Shown one piece after another: positions 6,317-7,323 of a stretch of 7,323 nt of DNA. A program made the position numbers and the translations under genes. Source of the DNA: Candidatus Odinarchaeia archaeon (lineage in GTDB: Archaea; Asgardarchaeota; Odinarchaeia; Odinarchaeales; Odinarchaeaceae); contig JAHQXC010000064.1 in assembly GCA_029856525.1 (NCBI GenBank), positions 1 to 7,323 on the forward strand, written 5' to 3'. The notes under the pieces are model-generated. The model saw nothing but the letters and a program-made list of their open reading frames with translations, did no database searches and was not told the origin of the DNA. The first letter of the stretch is position 1. Each line of letters begins with the position of its first letter.

Positions 6317-7323
6317 TTATTAATAGACGAATTAGATGTCGACAACAGGCTTAAAGAGCTCTTGAAAAAAGAAGGCTATAATAAGCTTTATCCAACTCAG
6401 GAAGAAGCGTTTAAAGCTGGAGCTTTAAACAACGGTAATCTAGTTTTATCATGCCCGACAGCTTCAGGTAAAACACTAGTAGCTGAAATATGCATCGTAG
6501 ACGCTTTATTGAAAAAAGGAGGTAAAGCGGTTTATCTACTACCTTTAAGAGCTTTAGCCTCCGAAAAATACGAGGATTTCAAAAAATATAAAAGCCTCGG
6601 GTTAAAAGTCGCGTTAACATCCGGGGACTTAGATACCGCGGATCCGCATCTAGCAAGATATGATATAATAATAGCGACTAATGAGAAAATGGATTCACTT
6701 ATCAGACATAACGTTAACTGGCTTAGAGAGATAAAAGTAATCGTCATAGATGAAATACATGTGATAAACGATCCTTCACGCGGCGTCACCTTGGAAATCC
6801 TCATCGCAAAACTTCGAAGAGTAGCTCCTCATGCTAAAATACTAGCTTTAAGCGCCACTATTAGTAATTCAAGTGAAATAGCGGAGTGGCTTAACGCTAA
6901 ACTCGTAGAAAACGACTGGAGACCTGTCCCACTTAAAGAGGGGGTTCTACTAAACGATGAGATCACATTCAACACCGGTGAATCAAAACTTCTAAAAAAA
7001 GTCTTCGAAGACGAGATACTTGATTTAACCGTGGAAACATTAAAAGAAAACGGCCAAGTTTTAATTTTCACGAACACCCGTAAATCTACGATCACGCTTT
7101 CAAAAAAAATCAGTAGAGTAATAGAGCCTCTGCTTAAAAAAAATGAAAAGAAAAATCTTGAAAGATTAGCTGATTCCCTATTAAAATCTAGAGAGCAGAC
7201 AAATCTCGGTCTCACATTATCTGAGACTATTAGGAGAGGCGCCGCCTTTCACAACGCGGGTTTACCATACGAATACAGAAGAATAGTTGAAGAAGGTTTT
7301 AAAAATAATTTAATAAAAGTCGT
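6317..7323 (+). CDS. hel308: Hel308/Hjm (Ski2-like SF2) DNA helicase, 5' part, truncated by the right edge; start codon uncertain (TTA6317 by homology, first standard start TTG6362)
   Basis: Manual translation (same frame as mcm, open from 6290): LLIDELDVDNRLKELLKKEGYNKLYPTQEEAFKAG (Q motif), SCPTASGKT (Walker A 6455-6475), AVYLLPLRALASEK (Ia), SGD, IIIATNEKMDSLIRH (Ib), DEIH (II, 6749-6760), RGVTLE, LSATISN (III), DWRPVPL, LIFTNTRK (IV), AFHNAGL. No stop occurs before the window end. Confidence 0.95.

Noticed and set aside
6532-7215. Minus-strand ORFs 6532..6804 and 6829..7215
   Set aside because: Antisense shadows of hel308, whose helicase motifs are all on the + strand.

Overview
AT-rich archaeal chromosomal DNA-replication locus. 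On the + strand are gins23 (GINS B-A type subunit, probable TTG start at 772), then mcm (1316..6268), then the 5' part of a Hel308/Hjm SF2 helicase (about 6317 to the window end, absent from the ORF track). The 1650-aa MCM precursor carries three inteins (246, 520 and 195 aa) packed into the AAA+ core and separated by two 27-aa exteins; removing them gives a normal 689-aa MCM. None of the three inteins shows an intact homing endonuclease: one keeps only an XRE-type HTH, one has a LAGLIDADG domain with both catalytic acidic residues changed to Ser and also lacks the block B His, and one is a mini-intein. Diverging on the - strand is the 5' part of an Acr3/BASS-family membrane transporter (601 to <1, also absent from the ORF track), with an in-frame TGA at codon 5 and Ser in place of the Acr3 catalytic Cys. 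Hel308 has a strong SD but TTA where the initiator Met is expected. No RNA genes, CRISPR arrays or IS elements were seen. The gene order and protein style fit a TACK/Asgard-like archaeon, but this taxonomy is inference only.
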